This document shows positions 12,033-25,399 of a stretch of 64,000 nt of DNA, one piece after another. The DNA lies in the NCBI GenBank assembly GCA_038496445.1, contig JALMLS010000250.1:1-64000 (forward strand), given 5' to 3'. The DNA comes from Trichosphaerium sp. ATCC 40318. Its lineage: Eukaryota; Protista; Tubulinea. Within the stretch, counting starts at the first letter, position 1; the number at the start of each line of letters is the position of its first letter. The position numbers and the translations under genes were made by a program. The notes beneath the pieces were generated by a model. It did not search any database. It had not been told where the DNA came from and saw only the letters and a list, made by a program, of their open reading frames with translations.

Positions 12033-14339
12033 TTTTGTACTACTGCGTTAAAATAAACTTTGTTGTTGCCGATACTATCTTCTTTGCTAGCCAGAGTAGG
12101 TGTTATTTACTAAGACTGAGTGCTACATAAACGGTGACCGTGAGATTATGAATCAGATTAAGTAATCCAAGCTCACACGTGGTAATCAAAGTTTGCCTTT
12201 TGTAGAGCGTAAGTAATTTTGCCCGACAAGTGCAGGTTTGCATAAAAAAACACTGTCGGTATTGTTAATACCATCTATACGATTTACAAAGTTGGCACGT
12301 GGAGAGCACAAAAAACGCGCGACTAGTACACACTCCAAAACAACTACGTTACGATGTGGTGTGAGTAGTCACGTATTTAAAACTCGTTGATATCCGAGTA
12401 CCCTTGCTGTATGCTGTGCACAGGTCATAATGTTTGAAATAATTAGATATCTAGCCAACCTGAAAGCCATTAATAATAGAAAATGGCTCTATTTTGCTTG
12501 ACATCGCTTGCTTCACGATCTATGGAAGCACTTGGTAAAAGGCGCTCTATCGGTTTGAACTACATGTTTAGTAAACAATTGGATGGTTGGTTAAAAACTA
12601 GAATCAAGTTGGATTTTCGACCTAGGATATTCAGGATCCTTTTTCTGCAACTCCATTTTAATTGAATTGAGGATTTATTGTATGTACATTTACCACTATG
12701 AATTCATACTCAGAAGGAATAACCTGTACCTCATATTCTTCACAGAGATCTTCGAAGCAAAGCTCAGTATATTTTGCATTGTACTTCAGTTCCCATTACA
12801 ACTTGTAAAAGCTTCAACGTTGTCGCAATGTCCAGCTAAAAGCGAAAGAAATGTAACCTTGTCCGTATTCTCCGTTACCTTGTAGCCCAACAAAGGCCCG
12901 GCTTTGTCTGAAAATGCCACTAATTCAGCCCATAGCTTACTAAGTTTGTCGTAGGAGCAAACTTTGGTCGTTTATGTCTTATCGTCAGCAGTATACTTAC
13001 ACACCGGCCGACTTTAATTCGAGGACAATGTAGGAAGGTCACGATAACTTCGTCAATATCTCCACCGAGCTCGGAATATTATGCAATGAGAAACTGAACG
13101 AAGGTTTTGCGCTAGAGCCTGATTTTTCTTCTCGACATCTTGAAAGTTATCAAAACGTATTGAACAAAAAAAGTCTATGCTATAACAAAATCACAGTTTG
13201 AAGAAGGCTAGGTTATAGATGCCCCTAGGGCTACATGGTAATATATTCGTAGAAAGTGAAGCTAGCATTGCAACTTGTTTACTTTGCTGTCAGTCACGTG
13301 ATATCTAGAGTTTTCTTATTAACTTCATCGCATCTCTTAGCTCAAAAGAGTTGAATACTACCTTCTAGTTTATGTTTGTAACCTGTAAAAACTCTTCATT
13401 TCATCCTTTTACGATTGCCTGACAAAGCGTAGAGTTGTATTTTGTATCACTGGTGGCATTATTTCTAAATTGTGGTAGGTATGAAAGTTATAAGGCATGA
13501 GAAGTACTAAAGTAAATGACCTGGATTGCGACATAATGCTTGATATTGGCTGTTGTTGTGATTGTTAGTGCGATTACGTTTATTAAATTGTTTATCTCAC
13601 TCTGGCGGAACCTACAGCAGTTATTTTGCTTGCTAAAACAGATATGCAATATGTTGATAATTCAATTGATCCAAACCATCGTGGTCACTTGCATTAGTAT
13701 AAGAGGTGTTATTTACAGCTACGTCCTCTACAATTACAAGTGCAGTTGTTTTCTTGCGAACGGGAACGCTGATTGATTTTTGTCAACGCTGAGAAGTTAT
13801 TCCTGGTCAGTAGCTAGCTAAAATTGCTTCTTCCAGAGGTATATATGTACTGATTTTTGTTGCCTAGTTGTTGCCAGTAAACCTGCCTGCAACCAGATCC
13901 CTTTTGACATACATTCCCAATTAGAATAACCTACATGCGGGACTGCTTTAACATGATACTTACTGTTGTCATAAGGATTTCAGAAGTGCACTCTGTTACT
14001 GAGAAACTGCAGCACATTATGACTATCTGGCCTGAGATACCAGTGCATTAAGAAACTGTGAGAGCATAGTAGTAACATGGGCAAACAGAAGGTTACGGAG
14101 AAAACCGAAGCTTCATGGGTTTGGCGATTCACTGATTTAGCGTTGGTAAGAATATTCTTTCAAAGCTAGTGTCTCTTGGTACGACTTGTCATGTTGTCCT
14201 TGTTTGAATCGAATAAAAAAAAAGAAAAACAGTCGCAGCTTCTGAATTGCAATCGCAGATGTAACTTCTGTTTACGCATTCAGCCAAAACTTGGCGAATA
14301 GCGAAACGCGAGGCTGTTTTAATTTGTGTGACACATAGT

Positions 14340-16470
14340 AGCACTCTACAAAACTTTTCTTTATAACCAAACACGTTCTATTATGGGTGTATCGTGTTCC
14401 AGATGCATATATTGCGGTCCTGCGCGTGATGACATGCCATTGATGCCATTATTGTCAGGAACGTTGCTGCGACAGAAATTACGTACGTTAAAACAGTGTT
14501 TGAAAGCGTAGGCTAATACATTCAAAGGGTATGAGTACGAAGTAGCGTACTCCGACGATTTTTCTGACATTCACGTCCTTCCTCTGGCAAACTCGCTATG
14601 GGCACGCGGCAAGGGTGTTCATGCTCGAGGTTTGTACTATTTACACTGTTTTTAACCCTGAACGTCAAAAACCTTGTTTTTGTGATTTTTCAATAATTTT
14701 TTTCGAGCCTTGATTCACGTGCGACAAGTGCTCATTTTTTTTAGGCATTGGGTACACTGATGCCACCAATTTTGAGTTTGAAACATTCCAGGCAATCAAG
14801 AAAATAGCTACACCTGAGGACTTGGAACTCCTAACGTACTGAGTGCTTTTACAATTTGATAAGAAATTGCAACATGCAAAAACTTGCTTTTGTTTCACAC
14901 AAGTTTTCTATGGTTAAACTGTAAAATATGACATTTTTTAGACATCACCCTTCTTCTATTGTTCGTGTTTATGCTTTCGAAGCTTTATTTTCGTCAAAAG
15001 CTTTCGATGGAGACATCAATGCAATTATAGAAAAAGGTCAACACTTATTTTTTGATATTCGAACTTTTCAACTTCGTTCCGGATCATGTGGTGCGCACGT
15101 TTTTCATAAACTAAACCAGTGCTAACATAATACATAAGGGAGGTACCAAAGTGTAAATCAAACTTTTTTGGACAGTATAAAGGCTTCAACACACAAGGAG
15201 GTAGAAAACCGTGAATATTTTTAGTGATTGACTTTTTCCTTTTCAAAAGGCGTACAAAGTTCTGTTTGACAGGATAGTTAAAGAAAAAATTCTATGCTTC
15301 CAGCTACTACAACACTTAAGCGGTCTTCGTCAGACCGAAGAAAATCATACATACATCCGAAACATGGCCATAGAAGGACATATTCTAGATTCCATCTACT
15401 ATCTTGCTTGGTACGTTTTGATTCACGTGTTTTTTCTTGTGTTCATTGTTCTGACTGACTCTTGTAGCTACAAGAGAGAAAGTGATGTAGGATTAATTAT
15501 GCAATATTTGTTAGCGCCAAACAATGATAGAGTAAATGTTAAATTCGATAGTTTGGTAAGGAACTAAGAAACACTGACATGTGCTGTTTTTTTCTTTAGC
15601 CGTTTTTCTTCTTTGCTAAATATCTTTTGATAGGTTAATCTTTGTTTAAAATCTTTGTGGAGAAATAAACAAATGAAAGGTGAAAACAAAAAAGATATTA
15701 CAACTCTCCCAAAAGAGCTCCAATATAAATGGTAAGAACTTGTACAAAAAATGTTACTACTTTCTCAGTTTTTTCTAATTTGTTTGTTCAAGGCGTGTTT
15801 TACAGTTAAGACATGAAGCCCGTCAACTTTACCTCGCTACAGGATTAAGACATGCTGAAGTATCCGATATATGGCAACTAAAGCCACTACCGACATCGCT
15901 GTACTTTGGATTCAAGGCAGTTTGTCAATTTCCACATCCAAGTTTTTTCCCTTTTTTGGAACGATATGTTCGTAACCACCTTGATGCTTGGGTAGAGAAA
16001 CGCGGTATAGAAGGTTCGTTAAAACATCAGCATTATATATAGCTACCAAATTCTAAAAATTGTTAAAGGTCGAGACTACTATGAGCACGGGATTGGAGGG
16101 AACTTGTTGACAGCTATTATGAAATACAATACAAACGAAGCGTTAGAATTACTCCAAGATGCAATGGTTTATGTACAAGCACACCAAGCTGGCGATGACT
16201 ATGGATACGGAGAAAGTCCTGCTTGGTGTTTGAAGCATGGAATTTACTTGGTTTTGGTACGAGACACAAACTAATTTCGGGGTTTTGGTTAAGTGTTTTG
16301 TTGTAGGTTAAGCCGCTTGGGAGATGTCCAAATTTTGGTACGTTTGAGCTTGTTTCTAAGACTATCTTACTAACTCGGTTTTAGATATACTACTTTTACG
16401 TCTTGTTAGAGAAAGAAACAGTCACGTACCAAGTAAAGTAATGGACTACTTGAGAAATAAATTTCAATAA
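14340..16470 (+). CDS. Multi-exon hypothetical protein with HEAT-like segment
   Basis: Exons GIGYTDATNFEFETFQAIKKIATPEDLELLT / RHHPSSIVRVYAFEAL / ... / VMDYLRNKFQ*; many GT-AG introns; start uncertain. Confidence 0.55.
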
Positions 16471-16599
16471 AAAAGAAAACTCAACAAACAACAATAATGC
16501 CTTAGTTGTAGATAATCAATAATTTATGGGTTGTTTTTTTTTAATGTACATTTTTTGGCTGTTCTTGTGCTTATTTTTGATTTGAAAAGCATAACCTTT

Positions 16600-19500
16600 T
16601 CACTCCTCTGGTGAACTTAAAAAGCTTTGTAAAATTATATCCATGGTTGGTCTGTCTTCAGGCTTGAATGCCCTTAAAAAAAAAACTTAGTAAATGGAGA
16701 TTGTCGTTTTTTTTTTGTCGTACCAACACAGTTTCATAAGTGCCCTGAATTTAGGTGTAACAACATTATCGCTATCACAAATTATAGGTGTTTTACCATT
16801 ATTTCTTATTTCAATGGCAAGATCCATAAGCATATCCATCTCATCTTCGTGAGGTGGTTCTTCGTGAAAAACTTCCCACTGTACAAAAAATTAAACAATT
16901 TGATTCAAACGCCTGTTGAGTGACAAGAATAACACGTGTTGTCGCACGTGGTTTTTAAAAAAAGTAATATGTGTGACGTACCATAAGTATACCATAACTC
17001 CATACGTCGGATTTTACAGAGTACTGCTTACGCATATTTTCTGGGCTCATCCAACAGATCTTTTGAAAAAAAAGATTTAGTATTAACAAAAGGTATGTCA
17101 TTTTGTATGCCGTACAGGTCCAAATTGTGTTGCTGTTTTGCCACTAACATTATCATCACTTACCATACGACTCATACCTGATAATAGTTGTCAATATCAA
17201 TAAAAGCAAGAACGCAAATTTTTCTGTTTTGGCACGAACCGAAATCTGATAATTTAGGCTTTCTATGTTTGTCCAGTAGCACATTCCTACAGTCTAATTA
17301 AAAATCCACTTACAAGTCAAAATATTATATTCACTTACCTAGCTGCTAAATCCCTATGTACAATACCCTCTTTATGTAAGTGATACCTTTAAAACCAAAA
17401 GTCAAAATCAAAAAGATCTATTCGAACTGAAAAGAAAAAAAACCGTACAATCCTTTAGCAACACCGTGACATATTTCAATCTTCTCTTCTAGAGAAAACT
17501 TTATCTCATAATCAAATAGAATTTGATCTAGAGAACCACCAGGTAAGTATTCCATGACAACCATATTTGCGTGTTCATTAGAGGCCAATCCAAAAATCTT
17601 GAAAAAAAAAAAGTCAGAAAAAAGTATAAACAGTTTTTCGAGCAATCGTAACGTGCTGATGTTGTAATTTTTTTCTGAATTATTTAGGTGCATACCTGGA
17701 CTACATTGGGGTGCGGTCGAAGTGATACCATAAGTTTACCTTCTTGAAAAAAGTTGTCGGCTTCACCGAGATCATTACAAAATTTTATGGCGACATCGTG
17801 ATACCGCCATTTACCCTTTTTTACAACACCATAGCTACCTACAATATATTAATAAGGCAAAGAGTTGTAAAAAATCGAGAGTATTGACTAGACACAATTA
17901 TCAAAAGTGCGGCTTCAATCAAGATTCTTTTCACGTGAAAAGAGCCTCAAACTGCCAGCACATGCGTCGTATTATAAGAAACCCTCGCTCTTAAAGTGAG
18001 AGTGATATCAAAGATAATTTTGAGCCAAGAGGAAAGGAAAAAGAGCAATATTTTGGTACAAACAAGATGGTTAGTTACCTGCACCAAGTGTTTGTCCTAT
18101 TTCTAGTTCATTCATTTGAATTATCCAATCAGTTACACCTCTGTCTCTACCTTTAGATGTTCTCTCTGAACTAGCGAATTGATTATACTTGCTATTAGAT
18201 TGTATTTCAAAACGACTCGCTTAATGATCATTAGTACAACAAACTCAGTTTATAACAAACAAACATACCATTATTGTCGCTAGATATCCGCGGATATGCT
18301 GTGCTGGGTACACCTGTATACTCAGATATACTAGGTACACCACTGTAAGTTGATTGATCATCTGGATTAGAGTCTGTTCCTAAAAACAATACCACATAAG
18401 CGCCAACACTCAAAAAGTGAAATCTTGTTCAACGTACTTGAAGTAGCAACCATATTAATTGATCTCTCTTTGTTCCTTTTCTCTCTATTCTTTCTGTATA
18501 ACCAGAATGATATAGTACCAACAATGATTATTATTATTATAATCAGTACAACGCATATACCAATGATAATAGGCAAAGATGAACTTTCTCCTTCAGGTGA
18601 ACCTTTAACATTGCTTGCGCAATCTTTTTGTTGATGTAAGTTGTTTGTTGAACTGGAGGATTGGTATTTAGCGTACCTGAAGCACCAATACATCCAGCAA
18701 GTGATATATCATCTAAAGCGAGTCTATCTTTAAACTCTTGACCACAACAAAGTTCTGTACTCATTTGTTGTTGAGGTAATTCCTCTAAAAGCAAAAATGA
18801 GCTTTGATTCCTTATGTTTGAGGATAAAAACTACATACGTTGTGGAGGCACTGAAATATCTACTACCAATGTGGCTGTCTGAGTTTGACGCTTTGTTTGT
18901 GTCAACGACACAAACCTATGACGATCAGTAAGTATTACGATTACTACTAATGCTGGAGGTGTACTTTACTATTGTGTCTGGCCAAGTTCCTGTTAAGAAT
19001 AGGCTAATTATAGTCTCAAGACGCTGACCATCTGTTTGTGATGAAAAACCACCAGTAAATATAAGATCCAATGATAATTGGAATGTGGTTGGTGGCGCAG
19101 GAACAACAGGTGCTACTAGGGTATTTGCAGGTGATTGAGCAGAAATAGGCTCTATTGAAGACTGTGAAGTTGGCTGGTTTGTAGTTGGTTTAGCAGTTGT
19201 AGGTATCTCTGTGGGCGCCACCGTTTCCAGGCTTGTAGGTGCTTCAGTTGGGGTAGTTGTGGTTGGTTCTTCTTGCGCCTGTGGAGCATCTGTTGTTGGT
19301 GCTTCAGTTGGACTAGTTGTGGTTGGTGCTTGTTGCACCTGTTCAGTTGGAGCATCTGTTGTAGGTGGCTCTGAAGTTGGCAGTTGAGTTGGAGCTTCAG
19401 GTGTCGGTACTTCAGTTGTAGGAACGTTTGTGGTTGGTTCTGGTGTTGGCGCCACAGTGGTCGGTTGTAATGTAGGACTTGCTGTTGTAGGTGTAGCTGT

Positions 19501-21198
19501 ACTTGCCGAACCTGGACAAGGACCAATATTGAGGTACTATGAACGATGATTTAGTGTTTTTTCATTCACAAAGTTAGCTTTAGATGTACCTGAGAGAAGC
19601 CTCTCAATGAAGGTATAGACACTGTGCCTAGGGGTAATCCTGAACTAAGTTCTACAGCGACAATCTATTGATTAACAGCGTGTTAGTGCTACATAACTAA
19701 ACGCTATTGTACCAAGTCGTTAAAGAAGGAAATTGTGTAAAGAACACCAGTGTCTTTATCGACTGTATTATCAAGTGCGCTATTTACGACTGTGGAATTA
19801 GGACCGTATTCGGTCTGATTGAATTCACCAGTAATCTACAAAGAAAGTTATAAGTACAAAGATGTTTATGTAATGCCGCTGGTTCTTTTGTTTTTGGCTT
19901 TATTAATACTTACTATGTCGTTTAAGAACATGCCATCACCACTCCTTTTAGTACCAGTTACATACGTATCTATGATATAATAAGTAAGAAAATATTACTA
20001 ATGGGCTAGGGGTTGATAGCAGTCGACTCCATTAACATCTTTGAATTTTTCAAGTTCTTTTCAGTTTCGGTCAAAAAACATACTGGCACTGTGTTGAGAA
20101 CCGCCCGTGAAAGGCTTCAGGCTTGTTCCATTAAGAAGTTCGTATGAGTTATTGGAAGGAAAGAACTTCTATTGAAAGGGTAAGCAACTGGCAATTAAAT
20201 TTTTTTCGGTCAACACGTACAATCAAGGCGTCAAAGCTCATCACTGTGAATGCATCGCCATTATCAACTTCCTTAATATGATCACAAAATATAAAATCTC
20301 TACTTAGATCCAGAGGCACACCAGCACCCTTTGAAAGCGTTATTATTAGCGTAAAGGGCAAAAAACAAGGAATTGAAAAACACCCCAAAAAAAATAAATG
20401 TATTGCGTCTACCAAAAACGTACTTCTATTATATCGTCTTTAATATCTATTTTTACTAACCCTTCTCCATCTACTCCACCACTATTAAAATCACAGCATG
20501 TGTACAAAAAATCTCCATTTTTATCAGCACCAAGACCTGCTGGTGAATGTTGTAGTGCGTCATCTTGTACACACCTATAAGATGTAAGGAGACACTAAAT
20601 AAAATAAAAAAAAATTCTGTTTAAAGACAGTAATGGCCTTATTTGGCAATCCGTTTTTTCCTATTTTTTTGATTTTCGGCAAAAGCAAATTGACAAAATA
20701 TAAAATATCCCATAGTGTATTACACGATGAAAGCGTTAATTATCTTTTCATTTTTTAGTTTATTGTACCCAAAGGATGTAGATAACGTCGAAATATTATT
20801 AACAACTAATGTAGATGTTGGTGACGCGTATGTGAGGTCATAACGTAAGATTTTTTGGTCAAACGTTACCACATAAAGGTATCTATCTTTCACGCTATTA
20901 TCATTATTAGACGCTTACAGCGAGGCCGCCAGCAAACACAAACAAAAAACAAACTATTTTTGTTGACGCCAACGTACATTGTGCTTCCTGTTACATGTAA
21001 ATCATTTAACGTTAATATGAGACGATTTGTAGTCGAAGGGAAAGGAGTTGGCACGTTCTGGTTCGCTACATCGTATACATAAATGTTTGTATCACCCTCA
21101 ACGCTTCCAGCACCATCTGGAGAGAAATCTGTATGGTACAAACACTTAGACGCTACGTATAGCGCCATAGTGATTATAACAAGCAGTTTTACCAGCAT
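16600..21198 (-). CDS. Single-pass receptor tyrosine kinase (TK/TKL) with mucin-like Pro/Thr stalk
   Basis: Signal peptide, extracellular exons, PTTEAPT repeats, TM (IIIGICVVLIIIIIIIVGTISFWLY), kinase motifs LGAGSYGVVKKGKW, VAIK, HPNVVQ, HRDLAARN, DFG, GPICWMSPE, SDVWSYG, RPT. Confidence 0.9.
19180..19490 (-). repeat. Coding Pro/Thr-rich tandem repeats (PTTEAPT-like)
   Basis: Degenerate repeats inside ORF 18925-19455. Confidence 0.85.
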
Positions 21199-21318
21199 AA
21201 AGCGAAAGGAGTGTTTGTTATTACGGACAAATTTTCACCCCATGAAACCTAAGCGACGTTCTGATATTGCGTTGTTAAGTCTACAATTAAGTATACGTTA
21301 AGAGTAAACTCTACAGCT

Positions 21319-22233
21319 ATGGCTCTCTACTATGATATTGATTCAATAATTGCAGAGAACGAGGTAACCGTTGAGATGAAAAATAACGCTAAAATGTCTT
21401 ACTAGACTGTAAATACGACTTGGAATGAAGAAGTTGAGCGTCTTGGATTCCCTGCTTCGCGGTCACGTAACGTAGGTATTGATTAAGGTTGCTAGTAAAT
21501 ATTATTTAGATAGAGCAAAACAGCAAAACACAGCAACCATACTGGTTAGCAAAGTCATTTGCATCGTATGGATTGGTCAGAATAAATTCTCCAGCGTCAC
21601 ATGGGTACAAATGTTAAAACGGCGGCAAAAAAGTTGCTGACTATTCAAAAAGACGTTCATGTATGAATGCTTTGAAAGCTGAAGCGTCAGAGGTGAAATT
21701 GGCGAACCAATCAACATACTTTTATAAACTAGGCTTAGAATACGCTCTACGGTAATAATACATGACTAAATAGCATTAAATAACGTTGTATTTTAGATTT
21801 TTAAACAGCACACTTTGCAAGGACATAGAAAAGGCGTACTTGGATAGATACTCACAAGTGGTTGATAAATCGTTTAATTGGGGTAGAGCAGACCCTACTA
21901 GCTATACATCAACGCTTCCCTTCATGGAAAGAAAGAGTATGTCATCGTTTGTTATTCAATTAAAAAAAAAACGTGTTTTCACACAGAAATTTTTTTACTC
22001 CATTGTACATGGTAGCCATGTACAACGTGTATGTTCTTACGCCTGGATATATGGTTTTTAAGACATCCTTTCAACCAACTCTACCTCTACCTTTTTTGTT
22101 TAATGACTGTGTAGTGTTCTATGCTAACTATGCTGCTAAAACAAATTTTGAGAATTGGAAATCAAATAAAAGTATAATGAAGCGTGGAGGCGGTGGAAAG
22201 AGAAAACGTATCTTTACCTCTACGAAAAAATAA
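21319..22233 (+). CDS. GINS3: GINS complex subunit Psf3
   Basis: YYDIDSIIAENE, QPYWLA, NALKAEASEVKL..STYFYKLG, C-terminal FENWK. Confidence 0.85.
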
Positions 22234-22414
22234 CATTTTAGAGTGTATACTATTTCAACACCCTTGTAGAATAATAAATAAATAGCTACACCGTTAACAC
22301 ATCTTACAAACTTTCAACAGCATTCTTTGAACGGAGTTCGGAAAATTGTAGCGTTATCTCCGAACGTGATAGAAAATTAAATAACAAAGGAACCGATTGG
22401 AGTTGTGTTACAGG

Positions 22415-23567
22415 ATGATGAAGAACCTAATCACGTTTTTATGCTTTACGTTATTTCTGGTCGTTACAAAAACGAATTTAGTCTTAATTGATCCGCTCGC
22501 GTTCGTTGTAGAAGAAAGAACTCTAGATGATCCAGGGAACATTGATAACAGTACGTTCTTGTCTTACTATTGAAAATAATACAGCAATTTATCATTTAAC
22601 TTATTAATAAATGCAGCTATATTCGTGAGCGGCACAATAGTAGATGTGGCAATGTACACGTGGTCTTTTGAAAAAAAATACAATAAAACTAAAAATGATT
22701 AGATCACGCACTGAGGTAGTCTACTACGCAGAGGATCCCAATATGATTAAGGATGATGCTAATAACGTACACTTTAATTATTTTAGTAACTCTCATTCTA
22801 ATTTTGCCATAAGCTCGAATGCTTTATTAATGAAGACTTTGTCACTGGGTTAGATGTATTTGCAGGGTACTTGATTTTTTTGTTTTAATGGCAGACTAAC
22901 TTTGGTTTTTTTTACAGAACTTTGCTGTATTCCGGATCTATTTCTCCAACGTTCCCTCCAGTGATTGCCAAACTAAACGATCTACCACCACTGACATCAT
23001 GTGGATCAACTATACTGTGTGAATACGAAAACCAGGAAGAAATGAAATATTGTATTCAACAATGTCGTAACTTTTCATTTGGTTTTAACTTCTGCATGTA
23101 GTAGTAAATATTGATGACACTACCTTTGCTCAAATACAAACAGAACCAGATACTATAGTACTACATGACTTTCCAGAAAGTATTGGGGCTACATGTGAGA
23201 ACAGAAGAGCGTATCTAATTCCACAATCTTGCAGTCCATCAGGCACGTGTTTGTTTTAGCTTTTGAATATTTATTCAACCTGTTCGTTTTGGTATGACAT
23301 TTAACCTCTTTCACAGGACTTACTAGACTTTCTAATGTGGCTGTCGGTATTCTTTGTTTAGAAGGCGGTGTACTAGACTTCAATATCAGAACGTACCGTT
23401 TTGGACCAAGCGCCTATCCAGGATTTGAAACAATCCCAGGGCAACGTACAGGTATTGATGTAGCTTTCCCAAGAACAGAAGAACAGAAAGGTGCAATACG
23501 TGCTTTGAGAAGAGATATCGAAGCATTTGTTGATCCTCCCAAACGATTCAATTTCCAAAACCAATAG
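22415..23567 (+). CDS. Hypothetical secreted Cys-containing protein
   Basis: Signal-peptide-like start and several short exons in frame; one GC-AG intron at 23243-23316. Confidence 0.55.
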
Positions 23568-24230
23568 CTAAATTCAAATGTAACAAAAAACACTACCAAA
23601 CTTTTTATTCTTCCTTGAGTACAACAAAAATGGTTGGAGAATGGTTCTTTTACTGGCAGTGCAGCAACATACCAGGTCTACTAGTTACACCTTTCAGGGT
23701 GCCTAGCAGTCCACTTTATACCATTTTCTGTGGTACAAAGTTGGAGCGCTAGCATAGGCAGTGTATTACGTACACTAACGTTTAACGTTAAGAAACGTGT
23801 AACACATTATGGTACTAAAGTAACAATAATGCATCTACCATCTTGAGAGCTTTACAGACCCATCAAATGGCATTTATCCTATCCAAGTAGTAATACCTAG
23901 GTAAGGATACCAGAACCCATCATCAATGACAATACCAACCACTAGTAACAAGGTGTAGAGTCGTTTTAGTATTGCAAAAAATTGGCAATAAGAAAAAGTG
24001 GTAATAATGCTTTCTCTCAGAGAATCGTTTTGGATGGGCGTCTTAATTAAAACACGTTGAGGCCAGTTGATAACAAACTATTCGTTTATTTCCTTAGCGT
24101 TTACAAATAGAACGTCACGAATACGTACCAAATGAGGGTACCGTCGCGATACCTACCTCTCTAGGTATTAATGCTACGCAAAATGTCGAGAATATCTTTG
24201 AATTACCAGTACCAAGCAATACTACTTACC

Positions 24231-25330
24231 ATGGGATCTTCAGAGCCTATTGATACCAGTGATGCTTTTTTAATACCTGAAATGATGCTCGCAGTAATAG
24301 AGACTTGTGATTTTCCAACACAACTAATACTGCGTCTGGTAAGCGTCAAGACAAAAGTATTGGTAACAACGTCGCTTTCATTCAAAAAGGTAACAAAACT
24401 ATTTTAAACAGCTCAAACCGCTGCGAATATCACTTAAACTGCGTAAAGGCAAGACGACAAGGCGCTAGACGCCTCAGAAAAGAGTACCTACTATTAGAGA
24501 AACAAAACGACGTCATACTCCATATCAACTTAATATCTCACACCAGAAAATGGGAAATAACATTTAAAGGACCGGTACTTATGCAACCACGTGATAAGCC
24601 GTTTTTACTTACTTTGAAACAAGAAAGAATCACCTTATGTTGGAGGCTACTTTGTTGTCGAATTTAAGTTCCCAGTACGTCTCTTAACACGTGATAATGA
24701 ATGTGTTGTAATCTTTTAAGGGTCTTCAACACCTTAAAGCAGTGTAAACACTTCTACTGTACCCAGTGATTACTTGCTTTATCATTCAACCCAAAAGCAA
24801 CTTTTTTTACCTTTTTTGAACAATTTGTACTTCAGCTAATTATAGCTCAGTATTAGCATCAAACAAAAGTTTTGTACTAACAAAATATAGAAAGGGTATC
24901 CTTTTAAACCTCCAGTGTGTACAATGAAAACAAAGACTTACCATCCTATGGTATGTTGATTTTTATATTATCCACAAAAAAAAAACCAAACCAACAGCAT
25001 CACAACTTTTATGTTTGTGTTCAAACCTTCTATTGTAGGTGAGTGAACTAGGATACTTATCATTTAAATTAATTCATTATAATTGGTCTCCTGCAGTTAA
25101 AGTTTCAAACGTAATTGAGTTTATTCTCACAGAAATGGCCAATCTTGATAGTGGTACTTTTTTGATAAAAGTTCATATCCCTCAAATTGTTCTGTACCCT
25201 AACACATTGCTCTATAGAAACAATTCTTAACGTAGAAGCACACCAGCTTCTGATATCGAACAGAGAACAGTTTAAGAGAAAGGCAGCTGATTGGACACTG
25301 CTGTATGCATCAACCCCACCTCCTGTGTAA
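24231..25330 (+). CDS. F-box-like plus catalytically inactive E2/UBC (UEV) fusion protein, paralog 1
   Basis: LIPEMMLAVIETCDFPTQLILRLVSVKTKVLV (F-box-like), then RRLRKEY..WEITFKGP-KESPYVGGYFVVEFKFP-KGYPFKPPVCTMKTKTYHPM-VSELGYLSFKLIHYNWSPA. Confidence 0.85.
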
Positions 25331-25399
25331 GCATACTTGCTGTTTTACCATTGGATAAGCAGCATTACCCTCAGGTTCTAGAACTGTTCACCTTGTGAT

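Noticed and set aside
23620-23970. Minus-strand coding-like fragment (VVGIVIDDGFWYPYLG)
   Set aside because: Multiple stops and no recognisable family; cannot be supported as a feature.
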